From contig CAWGMQ010000003.1 in the NCBI GenBank assembly GCA_963823665.1, forward strand, positions 768,001 to 832,000: a DNA stretch of 64,000 bases, read 5' to 3'. Shown piece by piece: positions 20,641 to 29,419 of this stretch (the stretch's first letter is position 1; the number at the start of each line of letters is the position of its first letter). The DNA is from an uncultured Planctomycetota bacterium (GTDB lineage Bacteria > Planctomycetota > Planctomycetia > Isosphaerales > Isosphaeraceae). Both the position numbers and the translations under genes were made by a program. Below the pieces are notes generated by a model. It saw only the letters and a list, made by a program, of their open reading frames with translations, was not told where the DNA came from and ran no database searches.

Positions 20641-20998
20641 AAGCCTCCCTCGCACCAAGGCCGAGGCTAACATACACGCTTTGCACGAGCCAGAAGAAAC
20701 TCCTTTGGATTCGAGACCGGCCAGCGTCGTTACCTTCTCCGACGCGGCAAGCGACGGAGCGCCGCCGTCCATATCGAGCGGTTCGCAACGACCGATACGT
20801 GCAAGCGCCGGCGACGCACCCGAGCGAACTCCGCTGCTGGCCGTGCGTGGTACAGCGCCTGCTGTGCGCGGTGCTGGCCGCGAGGCACCCAGCGAGCGCG
20901 CGACGCGAACCTGTGCGAGTCGCGTGTGTTTGGCTTCCCCTCCTCGCTTCCCCTGGCACCCGCTCCACAGATTGGGTGTCTGGCTCTCCTCCGCGCAA

Positions 20999-21796
20999 TC
21001 AGGGATACCAACTGGGGTTGGTGAGGATCACGCCCCCGGGATACATGCCAAGGTATGCGTCGGGCTTCAGCACCGACTTGGCGTGGCCATCGAGATACAG
21101 AACGTTCGAGGTTCCGTGCCGGTTCCACGGAATCCATTTGTCGAGTGTCACCGTGCCCAGCCAGATGTCATAGTCGTCTTGCCTGGGGTCGGTGGCTGCG
21201 ACGGGGTCGTTGATATTGGCGTCCATGACCGCGCCGTCCCGCTCGTTCATCGCGATGAAGTTCGACGTGCCAATGTCGTACTGGAAGCGCGGAAAAGTCC
21301 AGCGACCGTAGCGAATGGTCTTGTGGCTCAGTTGCGAATTCAGCAAATAGCTCGTCCGGTTGGTGATCCCGTCGACGAGCCCGGTGGTCGGATCGACGTA
21401 CGGTTGAACGACCGAGGTGTCGGACATGCAGCGGTAGATCTTTTCATCGGCGACTTGAACCCCCGACTTGGCGATCTGGGCATTTGCATACGCCGGGTTG
21501 ACGTAGGGCATGATCTTGTCTTCCCAGTAGATCTCGGCGAATGACTCAGCATTGCCCACCTCAGAGATACTGTCGGCGTTGAACGGGTGGTGCAGAAAGA
21601 ATTGCCCGTTCCAATCGTCGAAGTACTGCATGATCCCGAGCCCAATCTGGTGCAGATGGCTCTGGCAGTCCATGCGCCGGGCCGCCTCGCGAGCCGCCTG
21701 CACCGCCGGAAGCAAGAGCCCGACCAGAAGTGAGATGATCGCGATGACCACTAGCAGCTCAATCAAGGTGAAGCCGTTTCGGATTTGACGATTCAT
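20999..21796 (-). CDS. DUF1559 prepilin-type N-terminal cleavage/methylation protein
   Basis: [14 protein letters not shown]...[14 protein letters not shown]-terminal [13 protein letters not shown] (H-X9-DG-like). Confidence 0.93.
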   Translation of the reverse strand: MNRQIRNGFTLIELLVVIAIISLLVGLLLPAVQAAREAARRMDCQSHLHQIGLGIMQYFDDWNGQFFLHHPFNADSISEVGNAESFAEIYWEDKIMPYVNPAYANAQIAKSGVQVADEKIYRCMSDTSVVQPYVDPTTGLVDGITNRTSYLLNSQLSHKTIRYGRWTFPRFQYDIGTSNFIAMNERDGAVMDANINDPVAATDPRQDDYDIWLGTVTLDKWIPWNRHGTSNVLYLDGHAKSVLKPDAYLGMYPGGVILTNPSWYP

Positions 21797-21961
21797 GTCG
21801 GCTGATCCTCGGTCAAGTCCTCAGGAGCAACGCGGTATTACGAACATTCGAAAGATAATACTCACGCGCCGGACACGCAATAGGGTGCCCGAGTTGTGCT
21901 GGTTCGGGATCCAGTCAGCCAAGTAACGGCCGAACCCTTGACACTCTATCTCCGGCGTTAG

Positions 21962-22495
21962 ATGATTACTGGCTCATGCAAAGTTGTCCGACCGAGCTCG
22001 CTCGCATTTTTCAAGGTCGCCGGCGTGTGCCCTGAACTTCGTGCTAAACAGATTGGCGAGCTTTGCCGCAGGACGTTGGCGGCTGTGCTGCTTGTCGCAA
22101 TTGGCCCGGCGCAACAAGTCGCCGCCTCATCGTATTCAGCGGCGGGGAGTTCGTCAGACCAAGAGCACCACTGCAAGTGCGGCACGAAATGCCATGGCGG
22201 CTCGTGCTGCTGCGGACCGCGCGACGCGAAGACGCGACCACGCATTTCGGAACCGCTTTCAGAGTTGAGCCACGCCGATGCAAGCCCGTGCCTGAGCTCG
22301 GCACCTTGCGGTGATTCAGCGCTTCCCAAAGGCGCGCCGGGCAGTCTCGCCAAGGCGAGCATCGCGTTCGCGATGCCCGTGCATCCGACGCGCGATACCG
22401 AAGGGCGTCTCGCTTGTTTTCCCCGTTTCTGCATTCTCCCGTCTGAGCGCACCTGCCGCGTCGAGCGCCCGCCCGAGCGCTCTGTGCTTGCCTGA
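21962..22495 (+). CDS. Cys/His-rich putative exported or leader protein ending in ERPP (start uncertain)
   Basis: Hydrophobic stretch RRTLAAVLLVAIG, HHCKCGTKCHGGSCCC cluster, C-terminal RVERPPE; TTGACA at 21938-21943 just upstream. Confidence 0.6.
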   Translation: MITGSCKVVRPSSLAFFKVAGVCPELRAKQIGELCRRTLAAVLLVAIGPAQQVAASSYSAAGSSSDQEHHCKCGTKCHGGSCCCGPRDAKTRPRISEPLSELSHADASPCLSSAPCGDSALPKGAPGSLAKASIAFAMPVHPTRDTEGRLACFPRFCILPSERTCRVERPPERSVLA

Positions 22496-22674
22496 TACCA
22501 GGCCTTCATAACAGGCGTGCCTCAAGCCCTGCCGAAGCGTTCCTCGCGCCTGTGCGGGGTAAGACATCCTCCGTCTCCTTACATCGCAGCGCTACCGAGG
22601 CCCGCGGCCCGAGTGCCGTTGGCTTCTCGTCGGCCTTTGCGCCTGAGTTTCTTTTTCCCGGGAGTTCTTCCGAA

Positions 22675-23646
22675 ATGCATCGTCGTCGAGCCTTTACATT
22701 GATTGAATTGCTGGTGGTGATTGCGATCATCGCCGTGCTGATTGCCCTGCTGCTGCCCGCTGTCCAGGCCGCCCGAGAAGCTGCGCGGCGCACCCAGTGC
22801 ATCAACAACTTGAAGCAACTTGGGATCGCGCTGCACAACTACAACGACACGGTCGGTTCCTTCCCACCGGGCTACCTATCGCTCATGGATCCCGTGACCT
22901 TCGACAACGACGGCCCCGGCTGGGGCTGGGCGGCCAGGAGCCTCAATCAGATGGAGCAGTCTTCCCTTTACAACAGCATCAACTTCGTGCTGGGAATCGA
23001 GTTTCCAGCCAATCAAACGTCTCGATTGACCGTGATCGCGTCCTTTCTGTGTCCCTCGGATGCATGGATCCAAAACACGTTTACCGTCGTCGATTCGACG
23101 ACGACCGGCGCAATGGCCGGCGCCCCGATCTGCAGCGTCGCCTCATCGAACTACGTGGGATCGGTGGGTAGTGGCGACCCGTCTAGCCTCTATCCGTGGA
23201 TCATCGACGACGACGACGGTCCGCCGGGCCGCGACAACGGCAACGGGATTTTCTTCCGGAATAAATCCGTAATTATCGCATCGGTGACCGACGGCACCAG
23301 CCAGACCTTTCTGGCGGGGGAGCGTAGCCAGAACCTGTCGCGCGCAAGCTGGACCGGCGCAGTCACCAACGCGGCCGTCCCCCTGGTGGCGCTTCAGGCC
23401 GGAGCAGGCTTCGATCCTGAAGGCGGCGGCGCACTCGTCCTCTCGCACACCGGTGAAGGGCACGGACCGAACTCCCCATCGGGGCTGGCCCACGGCGACC
23501 AGTATTGGGCAATGCATCCCGGCGGCGCCAACTTCTTGTTCTGCGACGGCAGCGTGCGGTTCATCAAGGAGCTAGTCGGCTTCACCATCTTCCAGTCGCT
23601 CGCAACCCGGGCCGGCGGCGAGGTTCTTTCCGCCGACCAATTTTGA
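22675..23646 (+). CDS. DUF1559 prepilin-type protein
   Basis: [14 protein letters not shown]...AREAARRTQCINNLKQ; TDGTSQT; HPGGANFLFCDGSVRF. Confidence 0.95.
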   Translation: MHRRRAFTLIELLVVIAIIAVLIALLLPAVQAAREAARRTQCINNLKQLGIALHNYNDTVGSFPPGYLSLMDPVTFDNDGPGWGWAARSLNQMEQSSLYNSINFVLGIEFPANQTSRLTVIASFLCPSDAWIQNTFTVVDSTTTGAMAGAPICSVASSNYVGSVGSGDPSSLYPWIIDDDDGPPGRDNGNGIFFRNKSVIIASVTDGTSQTFLAGERSQNLSRASWTGAVTNAAVPLVALQAGAGFDPEGGGALVLSHTGEGHGPNSPSGLAHGDQYWAMHPGGANFLFCDGSVRFIKELVGFTIFQSLATRAGGEVLSADQF

Positions 23647-23699
23647 GGAAGTAGTCGATGAGCCAGATTTCCATCATCGACCGAAATAAGGGACTCCCG

Positions 23700-24356
23700 A
23701 TGAACAAACACGTTTTTATTTGGTTCGAGGTCGCATTCGCGGGCTTAGGAGTCGTTTATGCTTGCAGCCGGATGCAAAACGATCGCACCCAGCCCTCCGC
23801 CGCTCCTCCGATATTGATCGAGGGCGCGGGAAAGCACATGGTCACACCGAAGATGGTCAACGCGACCGAGAGGATGACGGACGTGACGGCCCCGGCCGTC
23901 CAAGCCGAAGCGACTGACGGCAGTCTGTACGACGTCAATGAGCTGACAAGAGACGGGCCGGCCGTCCTCGTCTTCATCAAGGACGGCTGCCCGTGCAGCC
24001 AGGCAGCTCAGCCTTTCTTCAACGTCCTTTTTAACGCTTACGGCAAGCACGCCCGCTTCTTTGGGGTCTTCGACGGTGATGTCACCGTGGCCAAGAAATG
24101 GGCCAAGCAGAATCTCGTCGGGTTTCCCATCCTGAGCGACCCTGACCTGCGTGCCGTGCACGAATACAAGGCCGAAAATTCGGCTTACGTGGCGCTCATC
24201 GCGAAAGGAGGAAGGATCGAAAAACTGTGGCCTGGCTATTCGGCCGACATGCTCGCGGATGCAGTCGCGCGGCTTGCGCGGCTCACGGGGTTTGTCGCAA
24301 AGCCAATTGACGCCCGCGGTGCGCCGGACGAGATGACGACGGGATGTCCTTACTGA
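23700..24356 (+). CDS. Redoxin (AhpC/TSA, thioredoxin fold) family protein
   Basis: FIKDGCPCS, FPILSDPD, C-terminal TTGCPY; N-terminal hydrophobic anchor. Confidence 0.8.
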   Translation: MNKHVFIWFEVAFAGLGVVYACSRMQNDRTQPSAAPPILIEGAGKHMVTPKMVNATERMTDVTAPAVQAEATDGSLYDVNELTRDGPAVLVFIKDGCPCSQAAQPFFNVLFNAYGKHARFFGVFDGDVTVAKKWAKQNLVGFPILSDPDLRAVHEYKAENSAYVALIAKGGRIEKLWPGYSADMLADAVARLARLTGFVAKPIDARGAPDEMTTGCPY

Positions 24357-24640
24357 CATCTCGCGGATCTACGAGCGGGTGGTCCAATGCGGTTTCTTGC
24401 TGTTTTCGAGATTGCAGGACGTGCGGGGAATGCCCGGCGTCGCTTGACTTGGAGTGATTCCTCCCCAGAGGAAAGGCCCGACCAAATCGGATCAGGCGGT
24501 GAGTGCCGGGTCGGGCCAGTGATCGTCGGCATGCAGAACCCCGCCCGCCGGGGCGGACGATCTCCTCGCCCGGCCCCGGCATTTAGCTTTCGAACAAAAA
24601 CTCAGTCGGACGACACCAACCAAGCGAACAGGAGTGACCC

Positions 24641-24890
24641 ATGATGAATGACTTGACTACCAGGCGCAGTGCTCCAGGCGAAAAACCACCAATTGAGCGT
24701 CGCCTGCAACGCGATCCCGCTCCTGGTCATCGACGTCTGGGAGCACGCCTATTATCTCAAATACAAAAACGTCCGAGCTGATTACGTGAAGGCCTTTTGG
24801 AACGTTGTCAACTGGGGCGCAGTCGATCAGTGGTACGGGCTCATCAAACAGAGGCACCACGTTCCCGCGAGTGAAACTCATGGCCATTGA
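24641..24890 (+). pseudogene. Fe/Mn superoxide dismutase remnant (C-terminal part only)
   Basis: [34 protein letters not shown] is the SOD signature; N-terminal domain absent; AGGAG RBS + out-of-frame MMNDLTTRR start. Confidence 0.85.
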
Positions 24891-24998
24891 TCGAAGCAGT
24901 GAGGGCGATGGAGTACCGACAGCAGCGCCAGGAAAGGGCGAACTCGAAGCAGTCCGACGTTTGCAAGTTTCACCTTTTTTACGTTCAGGAGATGCGAC

Positions 24999-25421
24999 AT
25001 GAAGAAGCCGATGTGCGTTGTGCTGGTCCTGGGTCTTCTGGGTTTCTCGGGTCTGGCAAGCAGACTCGCCAGGTCCGACGATGAAAAAACCGCGACCATC
25101 AAGGAGGTGATGCAAAAGCTACATAAGGGGCCTAACGCCCACCTGGCGAAGCTCAAGAAGGACCTTGCGGCGGATTCGCTCGACTGGGAGGACATCAAGG
25201 CGAAGGCCAAAGACTTCGAGACGTACGGAGCGGATCTTCCCAAGAACGACCCGCCCAAAGGAGAGAAGGAGGATTGGAAGAAGCTCGCCGACTCGTATTA
25301 CGAGAACGCCAAGAAGCTGAACGCTTCGGCCAAGAAAGAAGACAAGGACGGCGTCAATGCCGCGTTCTCGAAGATCTCAAACGCGTGTGCAGCCTGCCAC
25401 AAGGCCCACAAGCCCAGTTGA
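24999..25421 (+). CDS. Cytochrome c' / class II c-type cytochrome, periplasmic
   Basis: Signal peptide, helical-bundle composition, C-terminal CAACHKAHK; AGGAG RBS. Confidence 0.88.
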   Translation: MKKPMCVVLVLGLLGFSGLASRLARSDDEKTATIKEVMQKLHKGPNAHLAKLKKDLAADSLDWEDIKAKAKDFETYGADLPKNDPPKGEKEDWKKLADSYYENAKKLNASAKKEDKDGVNAAFSKISNACAACHKAHKPS

Positions 25422-25957
25422 TGACCACCAGACTCCCGGCCCGTCCGCCTTTGATACCGGGCGGCGGGCACGGAATAATTCCGGATCGATTCAAGCGCGG
25501 AGCTACGTACTAAGGGGATACAAGCCGCCCAACATCTGCCGTCGGACTCGAATTATCAGCGGTATCCGCTCCCAGCAGCGGTCGTTGTCCACTCCGTGTA
25601 CCGTCGAGCAGCGAAGGTTTGAAATGAGGAGCCGTGTGCGTTATTTGCGCGAGCACGGACTTGCCCGTCGGAGAGGCATCGGGCTCGTCACGTTGGGGAA
25701 TCACTGTCCCTCACATGACTAGGTCGTTTCGCGGTGACACGCTGGTGAGGCACGGTGTCCTCACTTCCGGCTGCTGGCCCGGCTCTGCCGGACGGGATTG
25801 GTTACCCGCAGGGTTCCAGTAAAAGGTTTCACATTGAGATGATCCTCCTTTTCCGAGCTTCTTGGCGCAATGTCTGGATTCCCATTGCCACGGTCACCGA
25901 CCTGGTTGATCTGAACACGGCCCTCGACGATAGAACCAGGCCGCCGGTCGAGGCCCA

Positions 25958-26422
25958 TCAATCCACGAGAGTGACCTCAATCTTGTTGCTGGGGTCCAAG
26001 GCGGTCCCCTTCACGTCACACTCGGCCAAGACGAAGTATTCTTCTTTCTCGCCCACGGCAAAAGCCCCGAACTTACCGACGGCGCCAAGGGCGCCGCTTT
26101 GGTCCTTCAATCTTTTCTCCAGCGAATAGGGGATCGAGAACTCGAGCGTCTTGCTCTCCCCCGTCTTCATGTCGAATGGCTCGTTCCGGCCCGACTGCCC
26201 AAGGACGAATTCTTTGGTCTTCTTGTCTTCGCCCCTGCCCGTCGTTTGCTCCATGACGAACTTGTAGACTAGCTTCAGAACCTGCTTTTCCCCCTTTGAA
26301 GTGAGCAGAACCTTGCCGGTGATCTCATTTGCCGCACGAGAGACCCTCGGATTAACCTCCTGGAGCTGAACCTTGACACCGCCGATGTTCACCCAACCTT
26401 TGACCTTGTCGAGAAGCGCCAA
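25958..26422 (-). CDS. Spo0M-like (arrestin-fold) protein
   Basis: (M)ALLDKVKGWVNIGGVKVQL...ITGKVLL...ECDVKGTALDP; TTG start with GAGGGGG RBS; family call from motif recall. Confidence 0.6.
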   Translation of the reverse strand: MALLDKVKGWVNIGGVKVQLQEVNPRVSRAANEITGKVLLTSKGEKQVLKLVYKFVMEQTTGRGEDKKTKEFVLGQSGRNEPFDMKTGESKTLEFSIPYSLEKRLKDQSGALGAVGKFGAFAVGEKEEYFVLAECDVKGTALDPSNKIEVTLVD

Positions 26423-26968
26423 ACCGCACCCCCTCTGATGAGCGTTATGTGAGTCCGAATAGGGACCGTCCCGTATGGGAAATCCACGCCACTCATAAAA
26501 GTCCAAGCATATAATTAAGCAAATAGAATGCCGTTCGCCACTTGAAAAGCGAGGCTGGCCACAGTCGGCGCTTCTCCGAATGATTCGCAAGAATCTCTTC
26601 GATCAATACGAGAATACCTCCCGTGGAGGTTCAGGACTCACTGCCTCAGGCTGGCGGTCGTTGACGTGATACCAAACGTGAAGTCCGTGTAATCACGCCG
26701 TGGTCGGTGACGGCCTGCGTTTTGTCGCTCACGAATTGTGGATGGGCGCTAAACCAGTGTGCGATTGTTCAATTTGATCGCATGCCCTGACGGCACCAAT
26801 CGCGTTAGCCGTTTTAGCGCCGTGGCTAGCCTCGACAGAACAACGCGCCAAGCCGCCATCGGACGCCGGAGTCATGCCTCAGAAAATCCACTTATATAGA
26901 GTTCCAACTGAAAAAAGGCACGAAGTTACCCACACGCTTGGGAGAAGAACCTCAATTTTCTTACTTAC

Positions 26969-27048
26969 TCGATCTGATCGCTGGAACCCGGCTTTTTTCT
27001 GGAAATTTCCCGGTCGAAGGCGCGTCGAATCTGCAAAGTCGCCGTATA
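26969..27048 (+). repeat. 80-bp conserved non-coding element, copy B
   Basis: 65/80 ungapped identity to the reverse complement of 2831-2910. Confidence 0.8.
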
Positions 27049-27350
27049 GTTGATCGAACGGGCACTGACGTTGGCGCTCGCGGCGAGCGTGCGACGAAGA
27101 CTTGGCCGAAGCCGAGAACTGCGAGAGAAAGCGAGAGTGAGTTTTTCAAAATCAGTAACATCCAACAACATTTCGTGACATGAAGGAAGAGTTTTCGAAG
27201 TCATGCGACGGTGCGTGCCTTCGGAACGAGTTTCTTCTTTACTCGATCACACCATGGGCGGAAGTTCTTCGCCATCGTTCCCAGCGTTGGTCACCTGCCT
27301 CCACACCGACACGCACAAGCACACCGCTTTCGGTGCTGGTCGCGAATGGA

Positions 27351-27428
27351 ACGGAATCCCTTCGCGGAGCGAAGGGCGACACTGGGGCGGAGACGGAATC
27401 CCTTCGCGGGGCGAAGGGCGACATTGGG
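27351..27428. repeat. Tandem pair (42-bp period) of REP-like palindromes CCCTTCGC-GG(A/G)-GCGAAGGG-CGAC
   Basis: acggaatcccttcgcggagcgaagggcgacactggg at 27351 and a near-identical copy at 27393. Confidence 0.85.
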
Positions 27429-27712
27429 CTGGGCGCGCCCAGACGCTGGGCTCTGCGGTCTGCCCTGCGCGCGCCGCGCCGTCCGACGCCTGCGGCGGCA
27501 CCTGGCGCAAGAAGGGGCGGTATGCACTGCCAGGTCCGATTATGCGGGCGGGCCGAAAAACCCTTTTTGGGATCGGCCAATTTCGCGCAAAAAAAGGAAG
27601 CGGGTTTGCAGATCATCTCTAGTAAAGGCTTTGGGAAGTTTGGGGAAATTCTCGAGGTCGCGGGACTTCGGGCCAGGCTTCCAGGCTTATTGTAATATGC
27701 ATTCATATTGTT

Positions 27713-29298
27713 ATGTCCTCTGACACACAAATCAATGCGAATCGGCGCAATGCGTTGCGCTCCACTGGGCCGGTTACTCCGGAGGGCCGGGCGAGAAGTG
27801 CTCGCAATAGTCGGAAGCACGGTATGCGGTCGGAGCGGGAGAAGCTCGCGCGGGAGGAAAGCATCGCGTATGAAGCGCGACACTTTCGCTGGTCCGCGCA
27901 TTATGGGGTGGAGAGTGACCCCGAGGAGTTTCTATTAAATGCCAACCTGTTCCTGGCGTCGGACATGGATCGGGTGAGGGGTGCCTACCTGGAACTCACT
28001 CAAAGCCAGATCGACAATGCCGAGGACGACGAGATCAAAGAGGTGCGCGAGACGGGCGAGTTGCTGTTCACCGATTCACGAGGCGTGCCGGTTTCGTTGT
28101 ATGGCACCCGTCGGTTTAACAACAAGAAACCAGGGGGGCCGTCATGGGGTAGCGAAACTGCGCCGGGGATCAAGCCCCAAGAGCTCATGGGGAAACTGGA
28201 ATCGAGTGCGATGGGGTGCTACTGGATCCTGGAGGTTCTGGAGGAACTGCTTGAGCGGCGCGCAAGCGATTCTGGGCAAGCGGCGATCGGCTGATGATGA
28301 TCAGGTTGCTGGGGCGGCATCCTGTGGACGGCGTCGCAGATCGGCGGGTCGCGGAGATCTTCGCCGCAAGCCACGCGATTCGGCCGGTGGGCAAATCGTT
28401 CGACGATCTGCTCAGCGATATGAATGAGCTGGCGCTCGAGGCCCATGTGAAGGAAATCGTGGCGGCGTGGCCTGACCTATCGCAGCGCGGTGAAAAGGAG
28501 GAGGCCAGGCAGAGCCTGATCGACCTGGTGGAAGGCGAGATCGAGCGGGTGTGGGCCATTGCGGCGGAACATGACGAGAATATCAAGGATCAACCTGCGC
28601 GGACGAGGGCGCGCAAGGGGTTTGTTCATTCCAAAGAAGCCAACGCGATGCGGCAATGGTTCGTGCGCGCCAAGGGGTCGGTGGAGCGAGGGGGCAAGGA
28701 TCGGGATGCAAGGTGTGGGGGCGGCGGGCCAGTTGCGGATGGTGGTTCGAACGCGGGCCTTGAAGTTGGCCGTGAGACTCGGGCGGACGGCACACGGAGT
28801 GTGCCTGCTACACCGAATGGGAGGGGCCGCGGGTGGGACTCGGTCGTCGTGGAGGAATCGGAGGTTCTGGCGTGTGGGGGGTACCTTCCGGAGAACTACA
28901 TCGGGATCGCGGGCGAGGGTGACGCGGTGGTCGGCGGGGCGGATGAAGTCTCGAATACTGAAACGGGTAACTCGGATCGTGAGGAAGCCGGGCCTTGCGA
29001 GCCGGATGAACGCGAGAGGAGTTGGCCCGATGATGGACGAGGAACGGGTAGAAGTGGCTTGTGGCGAGCGGTTGGAAGTGGTGGACGGTGGCGCCGGGGC
29101 CGGGTTGACTCTGGACGTTGGCGGGCACGCCCGCTCCGTCGCCGACGGCGACGACCGCCGTCCGGCTCTCCAGTCTGGATAACGTCGCAGAATCGGCACG
29201 CAATTCGCGTAATGGAGCGTGCGGCGCGCAAGAGACCGAATGCACGCAATCGACAGGCTCGTCATGTCGACGGGCTTGAGGTATGTTGTCGACATTGA
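27713..29298 (+). CDS. Hypothetical protein of the 'QI.ANRRNA..STGP.T.EG..S..N..KHG' family with low-complexity tail (frameshift ~28260)
   Basis: MSSDTQINANRRNALRSTGPVTPEGRARSARNSRKHG; joins RFWASGDRLMMIRLLGRHP in the next frame; 3' end uncertain. Confidence 0.72.
28783..28811 (-). repeat. GTAG-family REP-like palindrome embedded in the CDS
   Basis: Minus strand GTAGCAGGCACACTCCGTGTGCCGTCCGC (GGCACAC/GTGTGCC stem); translated in frame as ADGTRSVPAT. Confidence 0.7.
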
Positions 29299-29419
29299 TG
29301 AAACAGGGGCGTCGAGGTTCCGCCGCGCACACGGCACGAGGTTCAAAGGACCCGATTTCATCCCCCGATCCGACCCGAATTCAAAGTACCGGCCCGCCGT
29401 TCATGCTCGATAGAGCCCC

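Noticed and set aside
24443..24465. MerR/SoxR-type operator (CTTGACTTGGAGTG) before the SOD remnant
   Set aside because: The second half of the dyad and a properly spaced -10 box are missing.
25500..25950. Small ORFs between cytochrome c' and the Spo0M-like gene
   Set aside because: No motif or convincing start signals.
2831..27048. 24-kb composite transposon bounded by the 80-bp inverted copies
   Set aside because: No transposase or integrase inside, no target-site duplication recognised, and the cargo looks like ordinary chromosomal genes. Kept only as a dispersed element.
27351..27428. Possible CRISPR mini-array
   Set aside because: Only two units with a ~6-bp linker, no unique spacers and no cas genes; fits a REP-like tandem better.
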